This document shows positions 1 to 13,389 of a stretch of DNA of 64,000 nt, piece by piece (position 1 is the stretch's first letter; each line of letters begins with the position of its first letter). Made by a program: the position numbers and the translations under genes. The stretch comes from Eledone cirrhosa (taxonomy: Eukaryota). The stretch lies in NCBI GenBank assembly GCA_964016885.1, contig OZ024740.1, forward strand, positions 35,092,001 to 35,156,000. Reading direction: 5' to 3'. The notes under the pieces are model-generated. The model did not search any database. It was not told where the DNA came from and worked only from the letters and a program-made list of their open reading frames with translations.

Positions 1-846
1 CCAGATATGGCAAGAGGTACAGGGAGATTCTTTAGTAAGGCATTCCGTTAAGACCCCTCATTGTGGGGTCCTACCCGAATGTTTGCCTTTATTCCTGTTA
101 CTTCCCTACTTAAAGCAGAAATCATAAGTTGCAATTCTGCAAAATCTGTACTGGTCGGTTGTTGTTGTTGTTGTTGTTGCTGCTGTTGCTGTTGTTGTTG
201 TTGGTGGTGGTGATGATGATGTTCCTCCACGGGAATGGTAGGGGAAGACAGAGTCGCAGGTTGTTGCTGCTGGTGCTGTTGTTGTTGCTGTTGTTGTTGG
301 TGATGATGATGTTCCTCCACAGGAATGGTAGGGGAAGACACAGTCGCAGGTTGTTGGCGGCGAGATGTACTGGGAGCTGAAGACATGGGTTGTTGTTGTT
401 TCTTATGTTCTCCCAAAGGAATAGCAGTAGAAGCCAGTGTCATAGGTTTTTGCCGTTGTTCAGTAACAATGGTAGACGAAGATACAGACATTGGTTTTTG
501 TTGTTGTTGTTGTTTTTCAATAAAATTAATGGAGGCAGGCACACAGGCCAGGCACTAAAAGGACCAAGATTTTAGCTGGACCATCTCCCAGATTCCATCC
601 ATCATAGCATTATGATGTCTCTTTTTTTTGTCCTGGGATCCTCCGGAAGCCTGTGGCGCATTGAAAGCAGACAGAGATGTGACAGGTTCCACATTCGACC
701 CAGCGATTACGGAACGAGTTTTCGGGTTCCGCACAGATATGGCAGATGTGGTTTTCTGGGCAATGTTCTATTTTGGAACATCGACCAGTTTTGTCGCATA
801 CTTCATCGATGGATTTCACCATGGCAATTTTGTTATTTCTACCCAT
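1..846 (-). pseudogene. Decayed LINE ORF1-like reading frame: PHD finger, polyQ/H linker, coiled coil (CR1/L2-type)
   Basis: Joining ORFs 610..999 and 48..542 across a frameshift at the T8 run (622-629) gives ICHIC..VECGTCHISVCFQC..WSF*CLAC, then Q/H tracts, FAELQLMISALSREV and *RNALLKNLP. Stops at 555-557 and 48-50. Confidence 0.5.
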
Positions 847-1698
847 CCGTAGAAAAACACAGAATGTAAACAATATAGGTTTAGCGCACTTGATTACGAT
901 AGAAATAAAATGTCTGTTTTTTGTTTTGTTTTTTTGTGTATTTTGTTTCCGTTTTCCTAAATGTTGTGTGTGTACAGAAGAGTCTGTGCATGTAAACAAA
1001 TAAATATGCTGCGTAAGTTAAATGAAACGTACTGTAGAAGGCAACAGTTTATTAACAGCGAAATAAGGTTTTTTTTTCCCTGATACTGCTTCTTTATAAT
1101 AAACTTTCAATAATATTTTTCAAATTATTAACTTTCAGCTGCTAGTATATATATATAATTAAAAGGTGTATGTGGGTTAGAAGCGAAGTCAATGTTCAGA
1201 GATATTTTACCAATGTACGTAAGATTGGCCGGTATAGTGTCTCACACGAAATAGTGTGGTTTCTTTTCACGTGTGTGTATATGCATATGGTATATATCTG
1301 TATATAAATCTGTGTGTATTTGTTGTTTATATGTTTTGTGGAGTACTTACTGCGATCCCTAAGGAATGTAGTGATTTGTTTTGTTTTTTCCCTTTTACCC
1401 CGTCCATGTCCACACGTGGTTTGTTGGCGAAAATCAAGTCAAATTAAATGTACTTCGTTAAAATAATTCTATGTTGAAGCTGGTACTAGTTGTCAGGGAA
1501 CAGTCAAAGTAATTGTAATAATGAATATTGTAATCCATCTGACATGTGTTTAAAGGGCAGTTTTGGGTGAAAATATTATATTTTGTTTGGTCAAGACGTG
1601 GTCAAGCGACCTTCCTTGTCGCCATCATTATCAGTAAGCGGGGAACACTTTAATTAAAAGAAATATGCGTAAGAAATCAAATGGGCATGAGCCCCACA

Positions 1699-1762
1699 CA
1701 TATATATATACTTTATATATATATATATATACTTTATATATACATATATATACAATATATAT

Positions 1763-1831
<69 letters not shown>

Positions 1832-1885
1832 TTTATATATACATATATATATGTACATATATATATATATATATACTTTATGTAT

Positions 1886-1941
<56 letters not shown>

Positions 1942-1952
1942 TTTATATATAC

Positions 1953-2006
<54 letters not shown>

Positions 2007-2050
2007 TTTATATATACATATATATATATACATATATATAATGTATATAT
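1699..2050. repeat. (TA)n microsatellite with TAC/CTT interruptions
   Basis: Direct reading. Confidence 0.95.
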
Positions 2051-2155
2051 TTTTCTATTGTTTCTACAACTTTTAAATGCCGTATACGTTTGTTATGTCT
2101 AGATTTTGTATATACATTGACATGAGATTAAATAGAAATTTAATTATTTATATAG

Positions 2156-2253
2156 AAACTGATGAAGATGGGAGACCTGGCAACAAACAGAAAATAGCGT
2201 CACAACTGTCCATAAAAGACGAGAAAATGGAAGATGAAATAGTGACGGATGAG
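2156..2253 (+). CDS. ABCB1: Probable ABCB1-like linker exon (E)TDEDGRPGNKQKIASQLSIKDEKMEDEIVTDE
   Basis: tatag acceptor and GAG|gtagtt donor. Ends in phase 0, matching the next exon. Charged sequence with SQLS resembles P-gp linkers, which are poorly conserved. Confidence 0.55.
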
Positions 2254-2257
2254 GTAG

Positions 2258-2440
2258 TTCATTATTGTCATCATCATCATCATCACTCCACGACGACGCC
2301 CTCCACCTTCACCACCACCGTTATCATCATCAACATCATCGTGGTCATTGTCATGATCATCATATTCATCATCATCATCACCACCATCACCAGCATCATC
2401 AGCTTCATCGTCGTCGTCGATCTCCTCCTCTTCATCCACA
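2258..2440. repeat. Degenerate (CAT/CAC)n low-complexity tract
   Basis: Direct reading. Confidence 0.85.
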
Positions 2441-2667
2441 TCTTACGTTCCCTTCCCACACTGGCATCGATTGAACAGGTTGTCTGAGTGAGCAATCTTG
2501 TGTGATACGTTCTATATTTGGTCAGGTTTCTACGGTTTTAACAGTTTGATACTTTTCCTACTATTAACCACCTTACAGATTGAGTTGAGTGCTTCGTTTC
2601 GTGAAACCGGACTAGATATATATAATGTGGCTGGCATTTTATTGGATGGAATAGGTTCATTTGATCG

Positions 2668-5170
2668 TGGTACCAGCCTAAGACTTTACTGGGTGTAGTG
2701 ATTGCATTTTATTGTAGTACCAACGCCAAGACTTTACTGGGTGTAGTGCGTACATTTTATTGTGGTACCAGCCTAATACTTTACTGGGTGTAGTGTTTAC
2801 ATTTTATTGAGGTACCAACACTAAGACTTTACTGGGGGTAGTGATTTCATTTTAATGTGATACCTACGCCAAGACTTTACTTGGTGTAGTGATTGCATTT
2901 TATTGTGGTACCAACACTAAGACTTTACTGGGTGTAGTGATTACATTTTATTGTGGTACCAACGCTAAGACTTTACTGGGTGTAGTGATTACATTTTATT
3001 GAGGTACCAATGCTAAGACTTTACTGGGTGTAGTGCGTACATTTTATTGTGGTACCAACACTAAGACTTTACTGGTCGTCGTGATTGCATTTTATTGTGG
3101 TACCAACGCTAAGACTTTACTGGGTGTAGTGATTGCATATTATTGTGGTACCAGCACCAAGAATTTACTGGGTGTAGTGTGTAGATTTTATTGAGGTACC
3201 AACATTAAGACTTTACTGGGTGTAGTGATTGCATTTTATTGTGGTACCAACGCCAAGACTTTAGTGGGTGTAGTGATTGCATTTTATTGTGGTACCAATG
3301 CCAAGACTTTACTGGGTGTAGTGCGTTCATTTTATTGTGGTACCAGCCTAATACTTTACTGGGTGTAGTGTTTACATTTTATTGAGGTACCAACACTAAG
3401 ACTTTACTGGGTGTAATGATTGCATTTTATTGTGGTACCAACGCTAAGACTTTACTGGGTGTAGTGTTTACATTTTATTGAGGTACCAACGCTAAGACTT
3501 TACTGGGTGTAATGATTGCATTTTATTGTGGTACCAATGCTAAGACTTTACTGGGTGTAGGGATTGCATTTTATTGTGGTACCAACTCTAACACTTTACT
3601 GGGTGTAGTGATTACAATTTATTGAGGTACCAACGCTAAGACTTTACTGGGTGTAGTGATTGCATTTTATTGTGGTACCAACACTAAGACTTTACTGGGT
3701 GTAGTGATTACAATTTATTGAGGTACCAACGCTAAGACTTTACTGGGTGTAGTGATTGCATTTTATTGTGGTACCAACACTAAGACTTTACTGGGTGTAG
3801 TGATTACAATTTATTGAGGTACCAACGCTAAGACTTTAATGGGTGTAGTGCGTACATTTTATTGTGGTACCAACGCTAAGACTTTACTGGGTGTAGTGAT
3901 TGCATATTATTGTGGTACCAACACCAAGAATTTACTGGGTGTAGTGCGTACATTTTAGTGAGGTACCAACACTAAGACTTTACTGGGTGTAGTGATTGCA
4001 TTTTATTGTGGTACCAACGCCAAGACTTTACTGGGTGTCGTGATTGCATTTTATTGTGGTACCAACGCCAAGCCTTTACTGGGTGTAGTGATTGCATTTT
4101 ATTGTGGTACCAGCGCTAAGACTTTACTGGGTGTGGTGATTGCATTTTATTGTGGTACCAACGCTAAGACTTTACTGGGTGTAGTGATTACAATTTATTG
4201 TGGTACCAACGCTAAAACTTTACTGGGTGTAGTGATTACATTTTATTGTGGTTCCAACACTAAGACTTTACTGGGTGTAGTGATTACATTTTATTGACGT
4301 ACCAACACTAAGACTTTACTGGGTGCAGTGATTGTATTTTATTGTGGTTCCAACGCTAAGACTTTACTGGGTGTAGTGATTACATTTTATTGTGGTTCCA
4401 ACGCTAAGACTTTACTGTGTGTAGTGATTACATTTTATTGTGGTACCAACGCTAAGACTTTACTGGGTGTCGTGATTGCATTATATTGTGGTACCAACAC
4501 TAAGACTTTACTGGGTGCAGTCATTGCATTATATTGTGGTACCAACACTAAGACTTTACTGGGTGCAGTGATTGCATTATATTGTGGTACCAACTCTAAG
4601 ACTTTACTGGGTGTAGTGATTACATTTTATTGTGGTTCCAACACTAAGACTTTACTGGGTGTAGTGATTGTATTTTATTGTGGTACCAACGCTAAGACTT
4701 TACTGGGTGTCGTGATTGCATTATATTGTGGTACCAACACTAAGACTTTACTGGGTGCAGTGATTGCATTATATTGTGGTACCCACTCTAAGACTTTACT
4801 GGGTGTAGTGATTACATTTTATTGTGGTACCAACGCTAAGACTTTACTGGGTGTAGTGATTATATTTTATTGTGGTACCAACGCTAAGACTTTACTGGGT
4901 GTAGTGATTACATTTTATTGTGGTACCAACGCTAAGACTTTACTAGGTGTAGTGATTGTATTTTATTGTGGTACCAACGCTAAGACTTTACTGGGTGTAG
5001 TGATTACATTTTATTGTGGTACCAACGCTAAGACTTTACTGGGTGTAGTGATTACATTTTATTGTGGTACCAACGCTAAGACTTTACTGGGTGTAGTGAT
5101 TACATTTTATTGTGGTACCAACTCTAAGACTTTACTGGGTGTAGTGATTGCATTTTATTGAGGTACCAAT
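2668..5170. repeat. 48-bp minisatellite, about 52 copies
   Basis: Unit GGTACCAACGCTAAGACTTTACTGGGTGTAGTGATTRCATTTTATTGT repeated head to tail. Confidence 0.97.
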
Positions 5171-5294
5171 GGTAGCGTTGTTGTCATATGCTAAGCCCGA
5201 ATGGAGAGTCCTGTCTTCTTCATTCCTATAATATTTCTGTTGTACTTCTATTGCCAAACTCTATAGTTTCCAGTCTGTCACCTTGTTTACTTTA

Positions 5295-5822
5295 GTCTCC
5301 CAGTTCTTGTGCTGGTGGACAAGTCTTTTCTATTATGTCATATCACCGGTAAGCTCAGTCCTGTGTCATCTCTATCACAGTACTTGTACTGGTGGAGAGG
5401 TCTTTTGCATTCTGCCATATTACCAATCAGCTCAGTTCTGTGTCATCTGTCACAGTTCCTGTATTGGTAGATCGGTTTTTTGTTTTATGCCATGTCACCT
5501 GTTAATTTAGCTCTGCATCATCTCTGTCGCAGTTTTTGTACTGATGGATTCGTCTTTCGTATTATGTCATACAATCATCCAGCTCAGTTCAGTGTCACAT
5601 TTGTCACAGTTCTTGTACTGGTGAACGGGTCTTTTGTCCTGTCATCACTCAGCTTGGTCCTGTGTCATCACTGTCGCAGTGCTTGTACAGGTGGGCGAAT
5701 CTTTTGTGTTATGGTATATCACCAGTTAGCCGTCCTGTGTCATCTCTGTCACAGTTCTTATACTGGTGGACGGGTCTTTTGTATTATGGTATATCGCTTC
5801 CTAGCTCAGTCCTGTACCATCT
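5295..5822. repeat. Degenerate tandem repeat, unit about 70-77 bp, about 7 copies
   Basis: Recurring CAGTTCTTGTACTGGTGGA..GTCTTTTG..GCTCAGTCCTGTGTCATCTCTGTCA. Confidence 0.8.
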
Positions 5823-6994
5823 CCTTCATTTCAAAGGGAAAATGTTTATTTATGATGTGTCAGTTCTCAAAAATTTGTTTTCGCATAATTCCTGCCCATC
5901 TGGAAGCATAAGAAAATCACACATCTCCCTGGTTTATTTTCAGAATGAATAAGAGATAAACTAGAAGAACCATTTAACACATAAAGATAACGTTACTGTT
6001 TCTAAAATAATTAGTTTGTCTCCCTCAGCCAACCAGTTGTACTCTTCATAAAATACTTCCACCTCTATCAATGGGAAGAAACGACTTGTCCGAAACGTAT
6101 AAAAGCGCATTTCCACGTGGTACTCGAATTTACTTTACGAATTTTATTAACTGTTTGCTTTTCCAAGGGACTTCATCATTAGTTTTCTCACCACTCTTTA
6201 GAGTCCTCTCTAGGTAAACCCACTGTTTAGAGCCTGTCCTTTATGTCACTACATTTCTATACTACGTTCAAAATCATACTTAATAATATATTTCTGGTTT
6301 CTTTTGATTAGATGCAGGATTATAGGAAAGAGAATTGGGATGCTGTGTTGTTGATGCTTTCATAAAGCTAATAATGACATATAAAATAAAAGTAGAAAAA
6401 ATGTGTCGCTGACTTAGCTGGTCAACGCCTTCTGTTTTTTTCGGTGCTCTCCACTTCATGAACCTTTAATTATGGTTCTCTTTATAGTCAGAAAGTGGAT
6501 TATATTTACAATTATTTTCTAGGTCTGGGTTTCCTACATTTCCTATGAATTTCATTACTCTTCAGCTCTTCGAAAGTTCGCTACTTTACATACAAAATTG
6601 TTTACAATCAAATTTTCTAATTTCGATGAAGATTGCTGCCAGAGGTCTCTTAGTTCAATGATGAGAGCACTCTTTTCCGTTCACAGGCGTATTTTACTTG
6701 ATGTTTCTATTATCTATAGCAACCGTCTGTATTTACAGTTATTTTCTGGATCTGTTTCCTACATTTTTTATGAATTTATTATATTTTAGTGATGTGAAAA
6801 AACGTCACTTGTTATGTTCGTGCCTTTCCAGAAGTTATTAGCAATGTAAGTAAACTATAATGCAAAATATTGTTCCCTGAGAAGTTACATCTTCTTCTAT
6901 GGCGCTCCCAACGCTAATCAGCCTGATAATATGTAATAATGTAATATGTTCAGTTAACGATATCTTTAATTATCGTTGCTTTTCTTAACTTCAG

Positions 6995-7141
6995 GATAAA
7001 AATCTCCCCGAAGCGAGTACACTCCGGATTTTCAAAATGAATGCACCAGAATGGCCTTATATTCTCATGGGACTTCTTGGTGCCGCTATGAGTGGTGCCG
7101 CTATACCAGCATTTGCAGTAATTTTTAGTGAATTTATAGCA
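6995..7141 (+). CDS. ABCB1: ABCB1-like exon, 147 nt (TM7): DKNLPEASTLRIFKMNAPEWPYILMGLLGAAMSGAAIPAFAVIFSEFIA
   Basis: tcag/gtaagt boundaries; N.PEWPY and PAFAVIFS motifs of P-gp. Confidence 0.93.
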
Positions 7142-7618
7142 GTAAGTACAATTGAATCAAATGAAGTATACATTGACCAATACTTGAAGAAGTTACTTTT
7201 TATGAAATAAATTGTAATAATTTTTTCCGAAAGATAAAAATAATTAAAAGTAATTATATCAAAAATACTTTTTTTAAGTTTAGTAAATCATTTCAGCACT
7301 TTAACTGATGTATAAAGATCCTTGTATTTCATCGGCATAAGGAATTGCAAACCAACGTCCTCTTAATATTTCACATTGCCCTATGCTATACATAAGTAGA
7401 CTTCTAAAACTAAATGTACTCTTATTGAAATATAAGAAAAACATTAAAGGGTTTCTATTAGTATTTTATGATACCTGGAATATTAGCCCAAATTCTCATG
7501 TTTATATTTTTGTTTATTTAACTGATTGTTTTGAGGTGGCCTATTTCTATACATATACATGTGTTTGATACCAGAACTTTTATTTCATAATAAAAACTGA
7601 GTATATATTTTGTTGCAG

Positions 7619-7711
7619 GCATTTGCAAGTGCTGATAGTGGTATATTTGATATGTACGCTTTGTATATTGTTTTGGTCGCTGTATTGGTGTTTATTGGTT
7701 ATACAGTACAG
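7619..7711 (+). CDS. ABCB1: ABCB1-like exon, 93 nt (TM8): AFASADSGIFDMYALYIVLVAVLVFIGYTVQ
   Basis: gcag/gtaag boundaries, in frame, hydrophobic helix ending in Q. Confidence 0.87.
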
Positions 7712-7821
7712 GTAAGACACTTTTTCATGCCTATTATTTCTATGGATCGATAATTATATGTACTTCTACTTAGATTATTTTTTTAATTTTGTAACTAGAC
7801 ACAACACTAACTGGGTGGTAC

Positions 7822-7940
7822 GAATAATCCAGAGGAGACCATCTATGCTAAGCTATATCTAGAGAAAATGTTAAATAATCTAGAGGAGACCATCTCACTT
7901 AAGCTAGAGAAAATGTTAAATAATCTAATGGAGACCATCC
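7822..7940. repeat. Short tandem repeat, unit about 45-50 bp, 2.5 copies
   Basis: AATAATCTAGAGGAGACCATCT..AAGCTA..GAGAAAATGTTA recurring. Confidence 0.75.
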
Positions 7941-8175
7941 AACTAAAGCCATACATCAATACAAAATAATTTTACAATGAAAGTAGTTTTTTTTTCATCT
8001 GAATTGATCCATCGAAAGCTAAATGTCTAAACTATGGACAGATCATAATTCTGATCAACTTCGGGCCATCTACTATTCATTTTACCACTAAGGTTATCAT
8101 GTTTCATGTCAGCTATGGCGATAGTTTCTAAAGTAAAACTACTGATTTAAAGCATATAAATTCAGTTCTTGAAGA

Positions 8176-8335
8176 TAGGTGGTGAATTGGCAGAATCATT
8201 GGAACGTCTGATAGAATGCTTTGCAATATTGGTTCCAGCTCTCTGTTCTCTGAGTTCATATCTCGCCGAAGTTAGCGTTGCTTTTCATCCTTTCGAGGTC
8301 GATGAAAAAAAGGACAGTCCAGTACTGGGATCAAT
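8176..8335 (+). mobile_element. Decayed copy of the main tRNA-like SINE
   Basis: GGTGGTGAATTGGCAGAA..CTGAGTTCA..CGCCGAAGTTA..TTTCATCCTTTCGAGGTCGAT. Confidence 0.7.
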
Positions 8336-8766
8336 TCTTCCTTTTCGTTTTCTCTCTATCACCATCTCTCTCTCCTTTTCTGAAAGAAATCGATTGTGTT
8401 CAGACCTGGTGAGGGATGGGTGTTTCGGTAGGTTTTAAAAATGCCGTATGTCACGACGACACCACTACTACTCCATCATACATACGTACATACATACATA
8501 CATGATGGCTGCCCCCTCGTTATCGAGTATGGCCATTGCACGATATACCATTATTAATATTTCGTTTCTGAATTTGTTTAGCAAGATTCTTTATCTGAAA
8601 TCGTGTGTTGAAACCGATATTGTTATACTTTGGGAGGGTCATGTTGCCAATAAGAAACACACGCACCAGTTGCTTTCACTTCAATTTATTATATATTTAT
8701 AAATTTACAAATTTACAAATTTCTGGTTGGTTGGTTGGTTCCACAACCAGATAGTTGTTTATATAT

Positions 8767-8811
8767 AGTCATAGTTCTTTCGTCACACACTCTGTGACCT
8801 CTTCAGTGACT
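8767..8811 (-). ncRNA. Minimal type I hammerhead-like motif in a PLE remnant
   Basis: AGTCA-CTGAAGA-G-GTCACA-GAGTG-TGTGAC-GAAA-GAAC-TA-TGACT. Confidence 0.65.
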
Positions 8812-9059
8812 GGGGATTCCTTTCTTTGTTTCTGTGCCTCTCCTTTGTTCTGTCCTACGCCATTTTGTTTCTATCGTGCAGTGCCTGTGCATGAAGATAT
8901 TTTTTAAAGTGAGGAAAGACTGTCCAGCCCGACTATTTCTATGTCCCCACGCATACATACATACATACATGATATACTATTATTAATAACTATCAATTAA
9001 TTCTATCGTGCAATACCTGTGCGTGAAGATATTTATAAAAGTGAGGAAAGACTGCACTG

Positions 9060-9487
9060 AGCCAATCCTAGCGACTGTAGCTATAATCCGAAAGAAGAAA
9101 AGATCAACATCATCGGTAACTACTGAGCCACAGGTTTTATTTCGGATTCATCCCAGTTTCCTGAGTTGCCTTCTCCTAGAAGAATGCCCTGACAAAGTCT
9201 AGGGGTCCTTCACTCCCACTGGTTTAACCGGGCGGTACATGTGTATATACATATTTACACACTTTCAGATGGCCGTTGACTCTTATGAATTCTTCCGCCC
9301 TTTGTCAGGTTTTGTTTTTGTCCTGCAGGGTGTCCAAAATCACTCTCCTCACCAAGTAAACTTGGTGGGGTTGCCGGTTTAGTCGCCTACGACCCGACCA
9401 TGCGACAGGTTGTACTGGGTTACATGTTAACAGTAGCACACAAGAGTGACCAGACATAATACATACATACATACATACATACATACA

Positions 9488-9521
<34 letters not shown>

Positions 9522-10000
9522 CATACATACACTCAAGAGTGATCCGACATACACACATACATACATACATGGTGGCTGCCAACTCATTTTCGAGTACGGC
9601 CACTACTTTATATCCATGTAGGAGAACCCCTGCCGATGCGCTGAACGAGTGTGACTTTTTAGTCCAGCCAGCAACTTGAAAACTCTGGTACAAACACTAC
9701 ACTTGTGACAATTATTGACCATAGTGCTGGGCCCATGGTACCATGTGACGACAAGTGCAGAGAGATCTCCAGATGATATAAAGCAATGCCTGTGCCGTGA
9801 AGCTTTTATAGTGAGTAGAGGCACTGCACAAAGCCAGTCCCACTCTCTTAACCAAGATGATATTTACCAAAAAGAAGAACAAGTCAACATCATTGGATAC
9901 CATCAGGGTTGCAGGTGTTATATCAGAGTTTTCCTTCTCCTAGAATTCTGCCTTGACAAAGGCTAAGGCGTCATCTCTCCCGGTGATTTGGGATGGCCAT
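9060..10000 (-). mobile_element. RTE-derived non-autonomous element with (ATGT)n tails, permuted partial tandem copies
   Basis: Reverse complement of 19861-21115; C2H2 remnant CSVCTRVFKLLAGLKSHTRSAH. Confidence 0.75.
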
Positions 10001-10084
10001 TCATTCATTCATTCATTCATTCATACTGTTTCTAATTTCATGGTTGATTTCAAATCCTGATATTGAATTCTATACATGAAAACT

Positions 10085-10250
10085 TTTGTTATATTCCAAA
10101 CATCAGCGAAATGATGAGCAAGTTAGTTACATTATTAAATGCTCCTTTTGGGGTCAATAAAATAAAGTGCCAGTAAAGCACTGTGGTCGAATCAATAGAT
10201 TTTCCCCTTACCCCAAATCGTTGGCCTTGTGCCTAATTCAGAATCTATTA
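10085..10250 (+). mobile_element. Decayed main SINE
   Basis: GGGGTCAATAAAATAAAGTGCCAGT..TGGCCTTGTGCCTAATTCAGAATCTATT. Confidence 0.65.
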
Positions 10251-11744
10251 TTAAATCCTTACAGCTTCCCGATATTTTCAAAATTATTTTATATCATAGA
10301 CAGTGTCATTGATTATAAATATGAGGATTGAGTTAAATCTGTAGTGTTACTGCATACTAGTGGTCCCGTATTAACAAACACACGGATCTTGTGGGGCTTT
10401 TTATTAACAATACTTTACATAGGAAAATACCGGAGATGACCGGTGGTTTATATCGTGACGATATGCTATTACTTATTGAAAATAATAATAATTATGAAAT
10501 AAATAAGAAAAGAAAAGAAATTATACAATTTTTTAATAGCGTTAATCTTAAAGTAGAAGTAGAGAATAATTATAAAATAGTTAATTTTTTAGATGTAACT
10601 TTAAACCTTAACACTGGTATTTATTATCCATTTCATAAAATAAACGAGAATTTAAACTATGTTAACTTTAATTCCAATCACCCCAGATCCGTTAAAAACA
10701 CTATTGTAAATTCTGTGCAACAACGTATTTCTAGACTTTCAGCGAATAAAAATATATTTGAAGATAAGGCACAATATTATAACGAAGCGTTAAGTAGAGC
10801 AGGCTATAGTAATGAAATTAAATACATTGACAATAGGATGTGCCAATTAACCATAACTATAAATATAATTATAATAGAAAACCTTGCACTAACTCGAAAA
10901 CCAAAAGAAAAAATAGAACTAGAAATATATTATGGTTCGCTCCCCCTTTCTCATCAAGTATTAAAACTCCTATTGCTAAATTATTCTTTAAAGCTCTAGA
11001 CAGGTGCTTTCCTAAGACACACAGGTATTACTCAATCTTTAATAGACATACTATTAAACTCTCATATTCCACCACTATGAATTTAGCGCAGAATATTAAT
11101 AGAATTAATAATAGAAACTTAAAACCTAACCAGAATAACATTAATACCCCTAGCAATATCCAATATAATGTTACGACTCCCAATAATATAAATTCAGATA
11201 AATGTAATTGTAGAAATAAATCTAACTGTCCTCTAAATAATAATTGTTTAGTTAAAAATATAGTATACAATTGTAATGTCAAAACAAATGAAAATTCCTT
11301 TAACTATGTCGGCTCTACTTCCACAGACTTCAAATCTCGTTTTAATAACCATAAATATTCCTTTACGAATATTGGTAAAAGAATCTTCAACTTCTCTATC
11401 TAACTTATTATGGGACTTGAAATCCAAGAATATTTAACTATTCTTTACTATGGAAAATTATTCCCAAAGCTCCTTCATACACTGCTTTATCCTAAAATTG
11501 CTCACTTTGCGTTGAAGAAATATTCTTTATACTAAAAAGTAAGAACTCTATTCATTTGCGAAATAATTTATTTAGTTCCTGCAAACATCGTTTAAACTCA
11601 ACTTTTAAATATATATATAAAATGTAATATATGATTTATCTCCTTTACATAATGTCTTCTATATGATTCATATATTTAATTTACTTTCTATTATCTCTAC
11701 CTCACATATATATACTATATACTTTATATTATTACACCTATCGA

Positions 11745-11932
11745 AAGGCGGTGGATTGGCAGTATCGGTAGAGGATCGGATGCCATGCTTTGAAGCATAG
11801 AGTTACCTCCCTGTATGATCTGAGTTCAAATCCCGCCGAGGTTAACTTTGCCTTTCATCCTTCCGGGGTCGATAGCATAAAGTACCAGTAATGCATTGGG
11901 TAATTGCTGGCCTTGTGCCAAAAGTAGAAACA
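11745..11932 (+). mobile_element. Main SINE with 17-bp TSD
   Basis: TSD ATTATTACACCTATCGA at 11728-11744 and 11933-11949; A-box-like TGGCAGTATCGGT and B-box-like GAGTTCAAATCC. Confidence 0.92.
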
Positions 11933-13154
11933 ATTATTACACCTATCGATAGATTATAACATTTTTTTATATGACTGCTTGAAACTCCTTTAAGGAAAGA
12001 AAATTTTTTCTTGAAAAACTTACGGAAGGTTTTAAGAAAAATCTTTTGAAAATTCCTTTGAAAGATATAGAAATACCATTATTTTCATACCTTCCAATAT
12101 TTTTATATTTTTATATCTTCAAACGTTTTTAATATATATATGTGGAAAAACATGATTTTTATATATAGGTTTTTTTTTTTATACATATGTGGAATAATCT
12201 ATGGTTTATGCTTTAAATATATTCTTAAGATAAATTTTTTATTTTTTAACTTTATAGCAAGTAAATTTATGACTTCGTATAAAATAACATATGGTTCATG
12301 TTTTAATTATATTCTTAAGATAAACATTTTTTAACTTTTTAACTTTATAATATTTAATCCTTAGAGTCATATGAGTTCTTAAAAAATCACTTAAAAAATC
12401 ACTTCTAACTTCCTTTACACTTCCTTACTGTTTTTATAATATAATTAAGTGGTTATTCCTTTGTAAACTCTCGTAAACTTTTCATAAATTTAGAATTATT
12501 TGGATGTTTAAATTTTGACTTACAACTTTTAATAAAATAAACTATACTAGATTTGCTCTAATGTAAAATACTATATATTTATCTAAATAATTTATAATCC
12601 TTAACATAGACATTTAAACTAATTATTAATATTAAATTATTAAATTAAATCTTTAATATTAAGGTAAATTTTAATCTTTAATTTTCATTTCTAATTTTTA
12701 ATTTTAATTTAATTTTAATCTAATTTTTCAACCTATCATTATAATCAAAACGTAATGAACCCTGCATTATAAATATTATTCTTCCACGTTAATCTCATTT
12801 CTTCTCTCACTTAGATATACTTACGCTGTGTATATTTATCCTTTGAAACTTATTTCTTCATGCACTCTATTTTCACTATCAATATATATAATCGTTCTTT
12901 CTTTCCTCTTCTATCTTTCTCCTTTCTTTTTTCTTTTTTTCTTTTTCTCTCTTTCCCTTACATATCTTCTTCCAACAGTTTAATTTAAATAAACCGTTAT
13001 TTTTTCAACCTTTCGGACACTCATTTGCATACTCACTCATAACTTTGTATTACCCTCAATAAAGTATTATCTCCACTATCCAGGAAGCTCCAACCGTTAA
13101 GGTTGTCTGTTTTTTTTCCGGGTATGTCAATATTTATTTATAAAACAAATCTGT

Positions 13155-13218
13155 ATTTTATCTGATGAAAGCGCACCATAATTTGCCTTGGTTACCCTTG
13201 AAATATGTGTAATAAAAT
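13155..13218 (+). ncRNA. Type I hammerhead ribozyme motif at the PLE 3' end
   Basis: ATTTTAT-CTGATGA-AAG..CTT-GAAA-TATGTG-TA-ATAAAAT. Confidence 0.75.
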
Positions 13219-13350
13219 AAATATGGTTTTATAAATATAGTTTCCATTTATTAATATATTGTGTATTTACTCCACTAATCTGTTGAGTGCTTTATATCAG
13301 TTATAAAAATGTTTAAGCTTGTTGAATCCCAACAAATTAAATATAACCTC

Positions 13351-13389
<39 letters not shown>

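Larger units (their letters stand above)
10378..13350 (+). mobile_element. 5'-truncated Penelope-like element (Neptune-type RT plus GIY-YIG) with long 3' region
   Basis: GLYRDD, VNFLDVTLNL, SNHP; CNCRNKSNCPLNNNCL..NIVY..YVGST..FKSRFNNH; frameshifted; hammerhead near the 3' end. Confidence 0.9.

Noticed and set aside
1665-2495. YI-repeat, polyH and polyD ORFs, and similar CV/HT/YVCM ORFs throughout the window
   Set aside because: These are translations of microsatellites.
2690-2740. Origin of the 48-bp unit from the SINE segment GTACCAGT..ACTGGGT
   Set aside because: Similarity is limited to two short words and cannot be told from chance by eye.
2668-5170. CRISPR array or a 16-aa repeat protein (ORFs 3992..4297, 4328..5161)
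   Set aside because: No unique spacers and no cas genes in a eukaryotic intron. The ORF follows from a unit length divisible by three, and many units carry TGA.
11745-11840. Functional tRNA genes at SINE heads
   Set aside because: Only A/B-box-like motifs are present, no cloverleaf was evident, and each is attached to a SINE body with a TSD.
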